Origin: Chiloscyllium plagiosum
Lineage: Eukaryota
Assembly (NCBI RefSeq): GCF_004010195.1
Contig: NC_057718.1
Coordinates: forward strand, 64,083,110 to 64,147,109
Direction: 5' to 3'
DNA length: 64,000 nucleotides
The notes under the pieces were generated by a model that saw nothing but the letters and a program-made list of their open reading frames with translations, was not told where the DNA came from and searched no databases. Made by a program: the position numbers and the translations under genes. Each line of letters opens with the position of its first letter. Within the stretch, counting starts at the first letter, position 1. Below, piece after piece: positions 35,205-49,064 of this stretch.

Positions 35205-35236
<32 letters not shown>
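35193..35236. repeat. (GA)n microsatellite
   Basis: Read directly from the sequence. Confidence 0.95.
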
Positions 35237-35237
<1 letters not shown>

Positions 35238-37536
35238 AAGGGATGAAAATGCTAACATGCCATAACTAACACGAAACAGAGTTTCAGGAGGAGAGATGCA
35301 AGTTGTTCATGAACAGCATAACAAATAATACAGCGACAGTACAATGGCAAAATACAATGGCCAGAGTTTTCCAGTGGCCGGGTAGTTGTTACTCCAGTGT
35401 AGATGGGAGTTGAACATGGGGATCAACACTTGTGCATTTGATTTTTAAAAAAATATTTTTGCATTTCCATTGGGGTTCTTTAAACAACTACTGGGTTTAC
35501 AATGACAGACCACTGATTGAAGTTAGTTTCCTGTGTATCCAGCAACATGAGGACATGGCCATTTTAATCGCCTGGCCTCATTACTACACTACTTGTTCAC
35601 TTTTCAAGGTTCTTTTCCAAACCAGAATTCCATCACGTGATGCAAAGATTCTGTGGGAGGAAGCAAAAACTTTCCTTGTGTCTCCTGAAATAGCACTCCT
35701 GCTGGTCCTGGCTCCACTAAGGAAAGTTTTGGCAAAGTCGGTCAAACTTTTACCTCTGAATCAGAGCCTGAAATAGAATTTGACCTTGTGCCCTCATCCA
35801 ATATTTATCCGTCAAACAAAACAGTAAAACAGCCACCTCAGTGCATTAGTGTTTTTGGAACTCTGCTATGTATAAAATGCATTTCCTAAATTATAATACC
35901 GACTGCACTTGAAAAATACATAATTGTTTCCAAAGTGCTTTGGAACATCCTGATCTATCAAAAGGTGCTATATAAATGCAAGTCTTTCCTTCTTTAGAAA
36001 ACTGATCTGAGTGTCCTCTTTAGTTTTCCGATGCTCTTCATGCTGGCTTTCAGCCATCAGCATTGGACTCCAGTCACTGTATATAAACCAGAAGCATACC
36101 AGCATGGGTCATGCAGCTAAAGTAATTTAATTTGGAAACTACTGTTAAAACACTGGCATGATTTCTGTTGGAGTAGAAAATCATCCCATATTCATCCTCA
36201 TGACATCATTTCCCATTATTTGTGGCTTATGAAGAATTTTCTTGATCTTCATTTTATTTTTGATTTTACTTCATTCATTAATTTACAGTTAGTCACATTA
36301 AGTTGAACTTCATATTCATTGTCTGGCTGGCAATACCCACATTTCATGAAATACTGTAATAAAATTAGTCATCATGGCTCTTCACATTTGTTCCACTTGT
36401 CTTCTGCTTTACTATTGAACTAACATCACACTGCCAATTTTTGGACATTCTGTCCTGATCACAAAAAAAATTTCGACGCTTTTGTCTGCACATTTCTGCC
36501 ATTATTTTGCATCTAGCGTGATGTGACAAATAACTGCAACAAAATAAACCTTTACCTTGTAATCATCTGGTTCAGCACCCCATCACAAAAACTAAATACT
36601 TGGATTAGCTAATGAAGGCTTACAATTTAGTTGTGATCCACGTTATATCTCTCCTCCCCCCCCCCCCCATTGTAAAAATTATCTTCCACTTTCTCCATAG
36701 CGAGAGAAAAAAACTTTTGGGAACAGTTGTAAATTCATCACAATGACAACTTGTTTAAATATAATGACTGCTTGCATGTGTATTTGATGTCCTTTTTAAT
36801 ATAAATTCATGTAAAAGCATTAATGTAAACATTTGAACACTTGCCTCTAAAAATATTTTAGATGGAGCTGGTTAAAAAGGACACCAGAGCACAATGCTTA
36901 AACATTTATTTCTATTGTTTTGCAAGATATCACAAAGAGCAAACTGACATATAGTGAAACTAACCATTTACTTGGTCTTCAAACTAATATCATACTGAAG
37001 AAATTTGAAGTTTTTCAGGATTTACAGTATTTTAAGGTAAACATTTGAAAGATGCCTCACACAGCCGAAGGAGGCGTACCTTCATGTCTTTGATGCTGTG
37101 AGAATAGTTGATGAGCTTTGTAGTTCCCAGCTCTGTGTATGTGTTACCTCAGTAAAAGTGTATAGTGACTCCCTGGAGCAGGAAGCAGTTTATACTGTAG
37201 TGGTCAATGTAACCGCGTCTATTGTTTAGGCCCATTCTCCACAATATACTAATTGCTTTTACCATGATAAAGAGGAGTATTCGTCTGCTTTTTTTTCTTT
37301 CATTCATTTCTTATGCCTACTTTCTACAAATTTGACAGTCTAATTGTTGCGGTCACATCTTGTCCATAATGAGATGGAATCATGAAAAGAACATAAATAA
37401 ACAATGCAATTTAAAATGAAAGATTTACTTCATGTATTCCTGTCTTGAGTCTGGAATTAATCATGACATGGGTGTTGTTCTGCTTTGTGGTAAACATTTG
37501 GAAGGCAGAGGGTTGAGAAATTACATTCTTGATTAG

Positions 37537-37855
37537 GTTAAAAATCACATAACACCAGGTTATAGTCCAACAAGTTTATTTGGAAGTGCTAGCTTTCGGA
37601 CCGCTGCTCCTTTGTCAGGTAGCTGTGGAGCAGGATCATAGGACACAGAATTTATAGTAAAAAATCAAAGTGTCATGCATGCAACTGATAGAATATGTTG
37701 AATAAACTTAAGTTGCTGTTAAGTTTTTCATTTTTTAGAATGGGTTGCAGGTTTTTGTTCATTAATATGTAAATCCCAAACCTTTCCTCAAAGTTTGTGT
37801 TGTGTGATTTTTAACTTTGTCCATCCCAGTCCAACACCGGCACCTCCGCATCATG
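37537..37855. mobile_element. Penelope-derived repeat, same family as 15401 and 34406
   Basis: aaaaatcacataacaccaggttatagtccaac start and an inverted tgtgtgatttttaactttgtcc end. Confidence 0.7.
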
Positions 37856-38850
37856 ACAATCTAGATTGACAGAGGTATAGAGGAGAGATAACATAATGAA
37901 TCTTGTACAAATGCCATAACACAAAAGGTTGCTAAATTGTAACACCACTAACACTACATTGATGGGCATGTTTTTAATACACTGTTCTGTATTGGTACTG
38001 TGTGAATCCAGTGCCTCCAAAAAACTTCAAGCAGTCTTCTCCAAGTGAACAATTGTGGCCCCTAATCCATGGTCACTCAGCCAACCATTAGTCATCAAAG
38101 CGTTCAGATAATTTATGCATTCTGGGTTTATGCCGCAGAGCAGAATCCCTACACCTCCCAGCTCCTTCCTTGGCAGATGATCCCCTGACATGCTTGTTAT
38201 GTTCGTCAGGTAAACAAAGACAAACATCGTTCCTGAAAAGATTATTCTGTATTTGAGAAGCTATCTTTCAGAGAATGAAATAAGACGGAATGTATAAAGT
38301 TGTTTTATCCTGGGGATAAATGGGCATTTACCATTAATATTAACAGATTGGCTTATCAATCATTGGACACCACTGTGCTTCGCAGTATTCTGCCCTGGAC
38401 CATAAAAAGCATCTCTGAATGCAGACTTCAAGAAATCAAGTCATTCAGAAAGCTCAAATCAGGAGATCACTTGCTGAATGATGCAGATCAGCTGCTGATC
38501 AGAATTGAAGTCTTTCAGCCAGAGGAAGAGAAACCTGCAATTCCAGCCAAAGGATTTGCTTAGTACAAGTCTGAATGTAGAAATTTGACAACTGGTGTAC
38601 AGACATTCCAGTGACTGAGTGCATTTCCAAATAGGAGACTTAGGTCTGCTGCAGCAACTCAAAATGTCATTTTGTTCAATAAGAAAAGTATTATCTTTGT
38701 GCAGATCTTGACCACAAGTTCAAGAGGAGGGGGAAATATCATCAAAGGGTTCAGAGCTTGAGGCCACTGTCTCATATATGGCCAAGAATATCTCCAAATA
38801 TCAAGGGTATATCAGGAGTAATATTTGTGATTGATGGCAGTTAGACAGAT

Positions 38851-39945
38851 TCCAAACCCAATTCCCTCTTTGGGATAACATTTGTAAGTCAAATATTAAT
38901 AAAATAAAATAATTGACTATCATGTATAGACACAGCCTATCTTCTTATGGGTTATAAATGAAGCCTTGTAACAAACAGTTTCTTAAGGTGGGAAGATTGG
39001 ATTTATTCAAATCCCATTTTAAGGTGATGCATTCGGTCTTTATGTTTTTTTAATAATAAATTCTTGTTTTCAGACCTATAGTGGACCCTACCTATGTAAC
39101 CAAACTATATCCTTGACCAATAGTTGAATTGCCTTAATGGAAAGAGGTGTGTAATTAAAGAATGACAATTTACATTTGTAAATGTATTAATGACATGGAT
39201 CTAGAAATTTTAATGGAAAAATTTGCTTGAAGTGTACATAGAATTAATACTTTTAAATATATAAGGATACAAATACTTGCCCCTCTCCCACCCAAAGCAT
39301 TTTTTTCTTCTTATTTGTCCTTTGAGGTGAAGGAGACTATATTCATCACATGGAATATGTCGCAGGCATCCAGGTAGGGATATAGGTGATTGCTAAAGCT
39401 GTCTGTACCTAGATAATTCTGTAGATAAAAGGACAGGATGTCAGATAGAATTGAGGTTTGGTTGAGTTGCAGACTCAGGAATTCCTCACCTTGCACTGTG
39501 CCTCTGTCTTTGAGATCCCCTTGCTTTCGAAGTAGGCTGCACTATTCTTTTATTTGGCTGTTTCTGGTGCAATGCTTGTAGGCAAACTTCTCCCAGGAAA
39601 TTCCCATCAAAGTTCCTAAGTGAAGCCTTCACAATGTCCTTATAGTGCTTCCTTTGAGTGCAATGAGAGAAAACCCCAGACTCCGGCTCTGTACAGAAGG
39701 TTCACTTTGTAAGTAAACGTCAGGCAGTCTGGCTACAAGACCAGCCCAACTCAGTTGTGACTTGTGTGTGGAGTCCTTCAAGTCCAAACCTAATTCCCTC
39801 TTTGGGATAATATTTGTAAGTTAAATATTAATAAAATAAAATAATTGATATCATGTATACACACAGCCTATCTTCTTATGGGTTATACATGAAGCCTTGT
39901 AATAAACAGTTTCTTAAGGTGGGAAGATTGGACTAATTCAAATCT
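38851..39945. repeat. Direct duplication of about 160 bp (38851-39013 and 39783-39945)
   Basis: tccaaacc.aattccctctttgggataa…ggtgggaagattgga..attcaaatc occurs twice. Confidence 0.9.
39500..39782 (-). mobile_element. RTE-clade LINE relic
   Basis: - strand translates to QLSWAGLVARLPD and QRKHYKDIVK, resembling the RTE C-terminal motifs. Confidence 0.6.
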
Positions 39946-40199
39946 CATGTAGATAAGAATAGCCACCTTTCTGGTCTCAGTAGAATAATCTTATTTCACG
40001 AACAACGTGATATTGCTATTGTAACTATTTACAGATTACATGAATGTGACCTACATGGATCCAGAGATCGTTAGAGGCATACTCACCTCGGGTCTGAGTC
40101 CTATAAACATGTCTTTACTCTTACCAAGTCCCTGTGATATCATCAGAATGTGTGGTGCCAATCAAATATTAACTCTTTTAGACACTTTCAGACTCATAC

Positions 40200-40830
40200 A
40201 CAGCATAGAGTCAGAGATGTACAGCATGGAATAGACCCTTCGGATCAAATCGCCCATGCCGACCATATATCCTAAATAAATCTAGTCCCATTTGCCTGCA
40301 ATTGGCCCACATCCCTCTAAACCCTTCCTATTCATATACCCATTCAGATGCCTTTTAAATGTTGGAATTATACCAACCTCTACCACTTCCTCTGGGAGCT
40401 CATTCCATACACACACCACCTCTGTGTGAAAATGTTGCTCCTTAGGTCCCTTTTAAATCTCTCCCCTCTCACCTTAAACCTATGCCCTCTAGTTTTGGAC
40501 TCCCCCACCCTAGGGAAAAGTCCTTGTTGATTTACTTTATCCATGCCCCTTATGATTTAATAGCCTCTGTAATGTCATCCCTTAGCCTCCAACACTCCAG
40601 AGAAAATAGCCCCAGCCTATTTAGCCTCTCCCTATTGCTCACACCCTCCAACCCTGGCAACATCCTTGTAAATCTTTTCTGAATACTTTCAAGTTTCACA
40701 ACATCCTTCCTATAACAGGGAGACCAGAACTGCACATCGTATTCCAAACATTAACCAATGTCTTGAACAGCCAGCACATGACCTCCCAACTCCTATGGCC
40801 CATGCACTGACCATTAAAGGCAAGTACATG
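40200..40830 (-). mobile_element. CR1 LINE 3' fragment
   Basis: ORF 40550-40747 EYDVQFWSPCYRKDVVKLESIQKRFTRM. Confidence 0.9.
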
Positions 40831-41374
40831 AGATGGCTATTCAATCTGATTTATATCTTAGGGCAGTGCAAAACAGGAAGAGTTGGCAGAAAAGCTGGGC
40901 AGAGAGAAAGAAGGGCAAACAGAGACAGACATGGTAGACACACACACACATTTCGAAGGACAAATTATGTGATTGATTTGCTTAAACTATAGTTTTAAAG
41001 TTCCCAGGGTGCTTTCTTTGACTATTGGAAGTTTGACGCCATTTCCAGTAGAATCCTGGTGATTCCAGGATTGAGATGTACAAGGCCTTCACCTCCGGCA
41101 GTGATTAAACCTGACTAAGTACCATCAAAAACGTAACAATTATTTCAGTTCTTACAATCATTATATATGTGCCTTACGTCTAAGTTAACATAAAACTTAG
41201 GTAGCAATATCTTAAAGTCACAGAAGTAGAAATGAAACAAAACAGAAATTGCTGGAGGATTTCAGTAGATCTGGCAGCACCTGTGGAGAGAAAGCAAATT
41301 CATGCTTTGAGTCCAGTGGCCCTTCTTCAGGACTGATTGTAGCTAGGAAAAGTTTGGTATATATGGTGGATTAA

Positions 41375-43790
41375 AGTTTAGTTGAACTATCCAGGAACAG
41401 AGTTTTCACAAAGCTTGACACAGCAAATTCAGGCAAATGCCTTTTGGAAGTGTTGTTGTTATAACAGATTAATCTTCAGAATTGCATATTCTGCAGAGAT
41501 TTTCTGATAAACACTCAAACATTTTACAAAGTCTTCATGGAGTCATGTCATACTGATGATATACTGATCCATGGGGAACAGTTGGAAGAACATGATCAGA
41601 GAGAGCATGCAGTTTTGAAATGCTTACGGGAAGATGACGTCACACATAATGACAAGTGTGAACTCTCCAAACAATCTCAGACACATTGTCAACACTGAAA
41701 GTAGAATGGTAGATCCTCAAAAGATCTCAGAATTATCAACTCCAAAGTCAGACCAAACCTTCAAGATTCTTGGATATGGCGAACCATTTGGCAACATTTG
41801 TACCTAACATAATAATAATTACAGAACCCTTGAGACAATTCCTCAAGACAACGACACGGTGGATCAGTGGTTAGCACTGCGGCCTCACAGCACCAGAGAC
41901 TCAGGTTCGATTCCTCGGGCGACTGTCTCTGTGGAGTTTGCACATACTCCCCGTGTCTGTGTGGGAGTCCTTTGGGTGCTCCTGTTTCCTCCACAGTCCA
42001 ACGATGTGCAGGTTAGGTGGACTGGCCATGTTAAATTGCCCATAGAGTCCAGGGATGTGCTGGCCAGGTGGATTAACCATGGGAAACATGGGGTCATGGG
42101 AATAGGGTGGGTCTAGGTAGGATTCTCTTTGGAGGTTCAATGTGGACCCTATGGGCCAAATGGCCTGCTCCCAAACTGTAGGGATTCTGTAAAGCCAAAA
42201 GTATGGTCTTGGAATCTTTGTCGAGAGAATGTTTTACAGAAGATTTTTTAAAATCTTCATGTCTGCAGGTGGCTTAATGCAATATAATCCTCCATATCTC
42301 ATGATAATAGCATAAATGGTTCAGCTGCTGATTAGAAGCAGAACTCATCTAGTTGGGTGTTGCAAACCAGTCTATTATGCATCAAGAACATTAGCTGACA
42401 CAGAACCACAATATGCTGTGAAGGAAACTCTAAGTTACATGGGCTTGCAAGTGGTTTTCAGACTACATTTTTAGTCTAGAAGTAATCATTGAAACAGATC
42501 ACAAACCTGTAATTTCTCAATAAAATGAGAAGGAACTTGCAACAATGTTTCCAAGAATGCTAAGATTTTGACTCTTATCACATGAACTTTATTTACGAAA
42601 CAGGCGACGTGCAGAGGAAATGGCAGATGAAGGCTGATGCATTTTCCAGAGTGATGGTTCACAACCTTACTAGTTACAATAATGGCTATCAAATCACAAT
42701 TCAACAAGAACAAGTGAGAAACAAAGAGTATTTCACCCTCAGCCAATAATTCACCAAGGACCAGCAATGATGCCATGAAAACATATTTCCAGCACTGGCA
42801 TCATTTCACTAGTATGTGATGAATGACTGGTTACCTCAGCTTAACTTCAAGAGGACATCTTGAGGAAACTGCAGCAAAGACACGGGAATCATGAAGTGCT
42901 TTGCCCTCAGTCATCAGTACAGACCTGGGAGCTCCAAGAACATAAAATAACTTATTGCCAATTATCAGACTTGTGCCATCCATAGAGCAGAACAAAGAGA
43001 ACCTTCAACATAGTCCAACTCCCACTAGATCTTGAAAATGCGAGGGATGTTTGTTTTCAGATGAAGACCTTATCTCTGCCATTGAGTATTTCTCCCAGTG
43101 GATCAAGGTTAGGAAGTTACATACATGATCACAGAAGCAATTATTTCAATCTTACAGGTATTCTTAATCAACTTGTTCAAGAATGTTAATATAAGTCTCT
43201 GGAGCAGGTGAGACTTGAACCCAGGCATCTAAGCTCAGAGGTAGAGATATTACCACTGCATCACAACAGCCCTCCAATATGAGTCTTATGGAAGTTTTTT
43301 GTGACATGTCGTTGATGTGATCATTACAGGCAATGGGCCACAAGTGCCACAGCCCCTTTGCAGCTAGTTCTGGATTTGAACATGTCTCAAAATTAGCCAC
43401 AATGCCCACAATATAACAGGGGCCTGAATATGGAGTCATTCTTATCATTCTTGAAGAAGAATTATGATTTCTACTTGGCACTATTGGGGTATAGGTCCAT
43501 TTCAATGCAGTCTAATACCATCTGAGTTACTGATGACCAGAAAACTGAAGACTCAGCTCCTTACTCTGCCTAGAAATTAGATCCGTATTTACACCTTCAT
43601 GATTAACAAGCAATACATGATAAACAACAATCTTTTCACACATAGCAGAACTACACATTACAATCAACTCTACCATATGAGGAATCTGTCAAAGCAGGGA
43701 TCAGGGATTTAAACAGAGTAGTATGATCATCCACAGAGATGCAAAACATAGGAGATTGTACACCTGTTGTATTGTCAAAAGAGCATCTGA
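41375..43790 (+). mobile_element. Ty3/Gypsy LTR retrotransposon pol relic (RT, RNase H, integrase), heavily degenerate
   Basis: Remnants FTKLD (about 41404), CHTDDILIHG (about 41546), ASRTLADTEPQYA…TWACKWFSDYI…DHKP (42379-42510), EQREP…IEYFSQWIKVRKL (42990-43120). Confidence 0.75.
41852..42190 (+). mobile_element. HE1-type SINE inserted in the Gypsy relic
   Basis: cacggtggatcagtggttagcactgc head, GGTTCGATTCC B-box, gtggagtttgcac core. Confidence 0.9.
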
Positions 43791-44084
43791 AGAAGCCTCA
43801 TTACATTTTGGGTGACCTGTCTACAGGTTATTTATTGGGATGAATGAAATAGTGAATACTGTGAACATAGGAGACTACTAACCTCAGACAGTCAGGAAAA
43901 TAGTCCTTGTCAACTACCTTCTATCCAATAAACTACCATTCTTCCAATTCTAAAGAGAACACATTCAGAAAGGATCATGACACTTCTAAACATCTCTAAA
44001 TTTTGAGTGATATGGGGTAGTGAATAAATATACATACAAATGTAGAACAATAATACTATGTCAAAAAGAAAATATGGGGAGACA

Positions 44085-44775
44085 GAGTTTAGTTTTGATA
44101 AATGTGAGATGCCACATTTGGAAAGGCAAATCTGGGTAGGATTTCTCCAATTAATGATAAGGCCCTGGGGAGTGTTGCTGAACAAAGAGACCTTGGAGTG
44201 CAGGTCCACAATTCCTTGAAACTGGAGTCACATTGAAGAAAGCAGTTGGTATGCTTGCCTTTATTTGTCAGTGCATTGAGCTTAGCAGTTGGGAGGTCAT
44301 GTTGCAGCTGTATAGGACATTGGTTAGGCCACTTTTGGTATACTGCATGCAGTTCTGGCCTCCCCGCTACAGGGACGATGTTGTGAAACTTGAAATGGTT
44401 CAGAAAGATTTACAAGGATGTTCCAGGGTTGGAGGGTTTGAATTATAGGGAGAGGCTAAATAGGTTAGGGTTGTTTTCTCTGGAGCGTCAGAGGCTGAGG
44501 GGTGACTTTATAGAGCTTTATAAAATCATGACCTAAGGGACAACTTTTTCACACAGAGGGTGGTGCATGTATGGAATGAGCTTCTAAAAGAAGTGATGAT
44601 AGCTGGGACAATGCAACATTTAAAAGGCATCTGGATGGGTATATGAATAGGAAGGGTTTGGAGGGATATGGGCCAAGTGTTGGGAAATGGGACTAGATTT
44701 ATTTAGGATATCTGATTGGCGTTGATGAGTTGGACCGAAGGATGTGTTTCCCTGTTTTATATCTCTATGACTCTA
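44085..44775 (+). mobile_element. CR1 LINE 3' fragment
   Basis: ORF 44233-44448 LQLYRTLVRPLLVYCMQFW; ends atctctatgactcta. Confidence 0.9.
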
Positions 44776-45939
44776 CATTGGGCTAAGGTAATCCAACACA
44801 GCAGTTCTCCCATTATCTTTGTTTGATTGCTTTTTATTTCATCTGGTAGTAGAACTTTTATTACTTTATTCCTTTGGCACCATTTCCATTCCTTTTGGCT
44901 CTGAAAACATTTTTTATTTGTCATTCAATCTTTCCCACCTTCCACCCAAATCACAAACCTTCCTTTATGTCCATGCCCCATCCATTCCTTGCTCTAAATG
45001 CATTACCCTTCTAACCTTTCCCAGTTCTGGTGAAAGGTCATAGACTTGAAACATAGACTCTGTTTCTCTACACAGATGCTACCTAACCTGCCAAGTTTTC
45101 ACCAATTTAAAACAAAAACAGGAAATGCTGAGTTGCAAATGTCCTAAAGACCTCTAAACCACTCCATGTTTGTATCACTACAGAATTCCTGGGTTTAATT
45201 CCACTTACTGATAAGAATTAGACTGTCTTTCATTTTCAAAGGTTCTTTAGGCCAGTCTGTTGTAATTATCTTTCAGCAACCAAGATTTAATAAAGACATG
45301 ATCTAAATATATTAGGCTGGATATTATCTGGATATTAACCAGAAACTGAATTAAACTAGTCATAAAAATACCACAGCTACAAGAGAAGGTTACAGGGTAG
45401 GAATCCTGCAGCGAGTAACCCACTCCTAACTTGCCAGTAGTCTGTCCACCATGTACAAGATACAAGTCATGGGTGTGATGAAATATTTACCAGTTGTCTT
45501 GATAGTTGCAAGTCCAACATCATTCAAGCGATTTGAAATCATCCATACCAACATAGCCCATTTAATTGCTGCACTAACACTTTCAATGTTTATTCCTTCC
45601 ACCACAGTTCAGTAACAACAGTGTGTACCATCTACAAGTTGCATTATAGAAATTCAACATGGGTCCTTAGACATTCCCTTCCAAACTAGCTTTCACTACA
45701 TTCTTGAAGGACACAGGTAGCAGGTACATCGGAACACCACCACGTGTAATATTTCTGTCCCTTCAGTGTCTAGAATTCTCTCCCTAATGGCATTGCAGTT
45801 CTACCTCTAGCACATGAGCTGCAGTTCATGTTCACCACTACCTTCTCAACGATAACTAGGAACAGGCTGTAAATGCTGGCCAACCAGTGACACTCATGTC
45901 GAATAAGTCAATAAAAATAATGTGACTGATAAAAATAAT

Positions 45940-46920
45940 GTGATCATAACTCTATTAGTTTTAAGACATTATGGTAGAGGACATGTCTGTATAAAATTTA
46001 AAGTTCTTAACTGGGATAAGGCAAATTTTGGTAGTATAAGACAGGAACTTTCAAGAGTTAATTGGAGTAGACTGTTCACAAGTAAAGGGATGACTGGCAA
46101 GTGGGAAGCTTTCAAAAGTGAGATAATGAAAGTTCAGAGACATTATGTTCCTGTTAGAATGAAGGGTAAGACTGGAAAGAATAGGGAACAATGCATGAAT
46201 AAAGGTATTGAGGTTCTGGTCAAGAATAAGAAGGAGTCATATATTAAGTAGAGACAACTGAGATCAAGTGAATCTCTTGAAAAGTATAAAGGGTGTAAGG
46301 GGCATTCTTAAGAGGGAAATCAGGAGGGCAAAATGCAGATATGAGACAATCTTGGCAGATAAGGTTAAGGATAATCCAAAGAGATTCTACAAGTACATTA
46401 AGAGGAAAAGAACAAGAGAGGGGGAATACAGCCCCTTAAAGATTAAAGGGGTCATATGAGAGGAACCACAGGAGATGGGAGAGTTACTGAACAAATATTT
46501 TGCATTTGTTTTTACTGTGGAGAAAGAAATGGAAGCTAGAGAACTCAGGGAAATAAAGTTGACATTAAGACCTTCAACATTTCTCTTCTGTAAAAAACTG
46601 AAAAGGTGGATAAATATTCAGGACCTGATCAAGTGTATACCTGCATGTTGTGGGAAGTTGAGGAAGAAATTACGGAGTCCCTAGCAGTGATATTTGTATC
46701 ATCTAGGTGGCTTATGTGATGCCATTTTTTAAAAGAAAGACTAAGGAGAAGCTTGGGAACTATAGACCTGTGAGTCTGATATCAGTGGTAGGTAAGTTGT
46801 CGGAAGGAATTCTGAGGGATAGGATTTACATGCATTTGGAGGGGCAAGGACTGATCAGGGTAGTCAGCATGGCTTTGCGCATGGGAAATCATATCTCACA
46901 AACTTAATTGAGTTTTTTGA
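45940..46920 (+). mobile_element. CR1 LINE, central ORF2 fragment
   Basis: NWDKANF, KDNPKRFYKYI, GNYRPVSLISVVGK. Confidence 0.88.
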
Positions 46921-47092
46921 GTAAAAAAGGTGACTATCCTTTTCCCCAAAAGTTTACTCCTCATGCGACTGGAATGGTTTTGGGGTGCCAGTTACTTTTC
47001 TGCTGTAGAGCTCTGACTGAAAAATTGGAGATAGAGATTGTTGTGCTGTTGTTGAAGTTGGGAGAGGGAGAGATCATGATGGTCTCCCCCAC

Positions 47093-47276
47093 CTGAGCCC
47101 AGTCAAGTTATCCTGCTCCAGTATGACAGCCTTGACTGCTTGCATTTTCTGAATGGCACTGGCAAGGCAAACATTAACACTTGGTGTCCCAGAATGTGTC
47201 TCCAGGATGGGTTTGACTCTGGTGGCTGATGAGGATATGTACGAGTTTGACATTTTTATAAAATGTTGCAGGTCAA
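47093..47276 (-). CDS. Candidate upstream exon of the - strand gene: DLQHFIKMSNSYISSSATRVKPILETHSGTPSVNVCLASAIQKMQAVKAVILEQDNLTGL
   Basis: 60 open codons in unique DNA, pyrimidine tract with weak aag acceptor, AG|gtgggg donor; connection to the 26505 exon unresolved. Confidence 0.35.
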
Positions 47277-49064
47277 CTTGCACAAGAGACATACGAAAAA
47301 TGAAGGATATTTTATGGCCCAAAACGTTTACATAACATTGACAATTACTTGACTACATATGGTAAATGGACTGGCTGCCATGGTTCCCAATGCAAAGGAC
47401 TGGATTTAATTCCACCCTGAATGTGAGAAACTAGTCATGAAAGGTCAGATTCAAATGACAGGTTCTTGGCTCCAGAAACTTCCAATCAGAAAAGGGTTTT
47501 TTAAAGCTGCCAGACACTCGGCTGGCTGATTCAAAAGCACCTTGGCACCTGCTAAATTGTATTGATTATAAAGGGTTGGGCTATAATTCCACTGATGTGT
47601 TACTTAATTTACAGTCATTCTGATCAAAGAACCTCATAACCAATTCAGATGCATATTTACTCACAATCTGCATGCAATCAGCCTACACAACCCATTTGGT
47701 TATCTCTGGTTTATAATATAACTTTTGACACCATCATGTAAGGTCTGCTGCTAGATTGCTGAATGGAACATAAAATTAGTACAGTCATATAAATGTCCTG
47801 TACTGTTACCACAGAACAGGCTGGTGTTTGTGTTTTATATGCATAAACTGGAGTCCACCTTCAGTAAGAATATTGCCCAATATCCAAATTGAGAATCTGG
47901 TGTGAATCATGACTTCTGACAATAAATGTGCATTCTGTTTCTCTCTCTGCAGTATTACTACCTCTCTTGCTTATTTTGTGTTTCATTAGGACCAACATAA
48001 ACAGCATTATTACTGGTAAAGACACAGAACTGACAAGAAAGATATGGCTGTCACCAAGCTGAAATAATCAACGCTCTCTTGCTTCTTGTTGAGGTGGTGA
48101 ATCATTTCAGTCACCTGCATACAACTTCCCCACTCAAGAAACAATTTATTGAATGAAAATGATGGTGGTGTGATTTAAAAACTCTTTCATAGCCTATGGT
48201 TTCCATGTTATGCTAATTTCTAGTCTTGAACAACCTTTGCACCACTGAGTTGAATTGCAACAATTTCACGATCTGTTCTGTGAGATATTGGGTTTTCTAC
48301 CTCTTCTGTTTTTGTTACAGCAAAAATAAGATGATTGAAGGTAGATCCCAACTATGTAGAGTTGTAAAATGAGTGATCATGAATCGACAGCCTGATTTAA
48401 ATTCCAGCCATTTTTATTTCCAGTAAGCTGGAATTCAAATTTCTAAAGCAATTTTGATGCTGTTGTGTGATGAAGATCCTGTGTAATATTTCCCACAGTT
48501 CCTGTGAGTTATATTTCCTTCATTTCTTTTAACTATTCTTTTTATTTGCAGTTTTTTGCTTTTTAAACAGGCAAGGAGAAAGTTTAAAGTAAGCTTTCAC
48601 AAATACAAATCTGTCAATTCTGCCTGGACTTCTGTGTGTTAGAAGTTTGGGAAATAATGTATGAATAATTTACAAAGGTTTCTGCATTTTACTGAGTAGT
48701 AGCAATAGCACAGTGTTGCTGATATTTATTGGCATAACTGTGGCTTTGTTAGCCAACACACGGAACAATGGTTTTATGCATATTGAAAAATATACCTGCA
48801 ACCTGAAAACAATGTCATATTGTTTTTGCTGCAAAGTACTGAGATATGGATTGCTTCCTAATGTGATGATGGTCTACCTGTGGAATAAACGATTCTAGCA
48901 CCAAGACAACTGTTTTCCTCCCAACTGGCTGAATCCATTACTTATCATAAACATGAGGCTGGAGTCAAGATGCTGCAAGGGGATGAGAGTGTCTTGGCCT
49001 TGCTTTTTGGGAAACTGCTTGTGTATCATGGATCTCAGTCTGAAAATATCACCACTGTAATATT

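Noticed and set aside
36927..38563. Possible + strand exons (36927-37036 and 38347-38563)
   Set aside because: Open frames with plausible splice sites, but phases do not join and no homology was recognised
41852..41920. tRNA gene
   Set aside because: A and B boxes belong to a tRNA-derived SINE head; no complete cloverleaf
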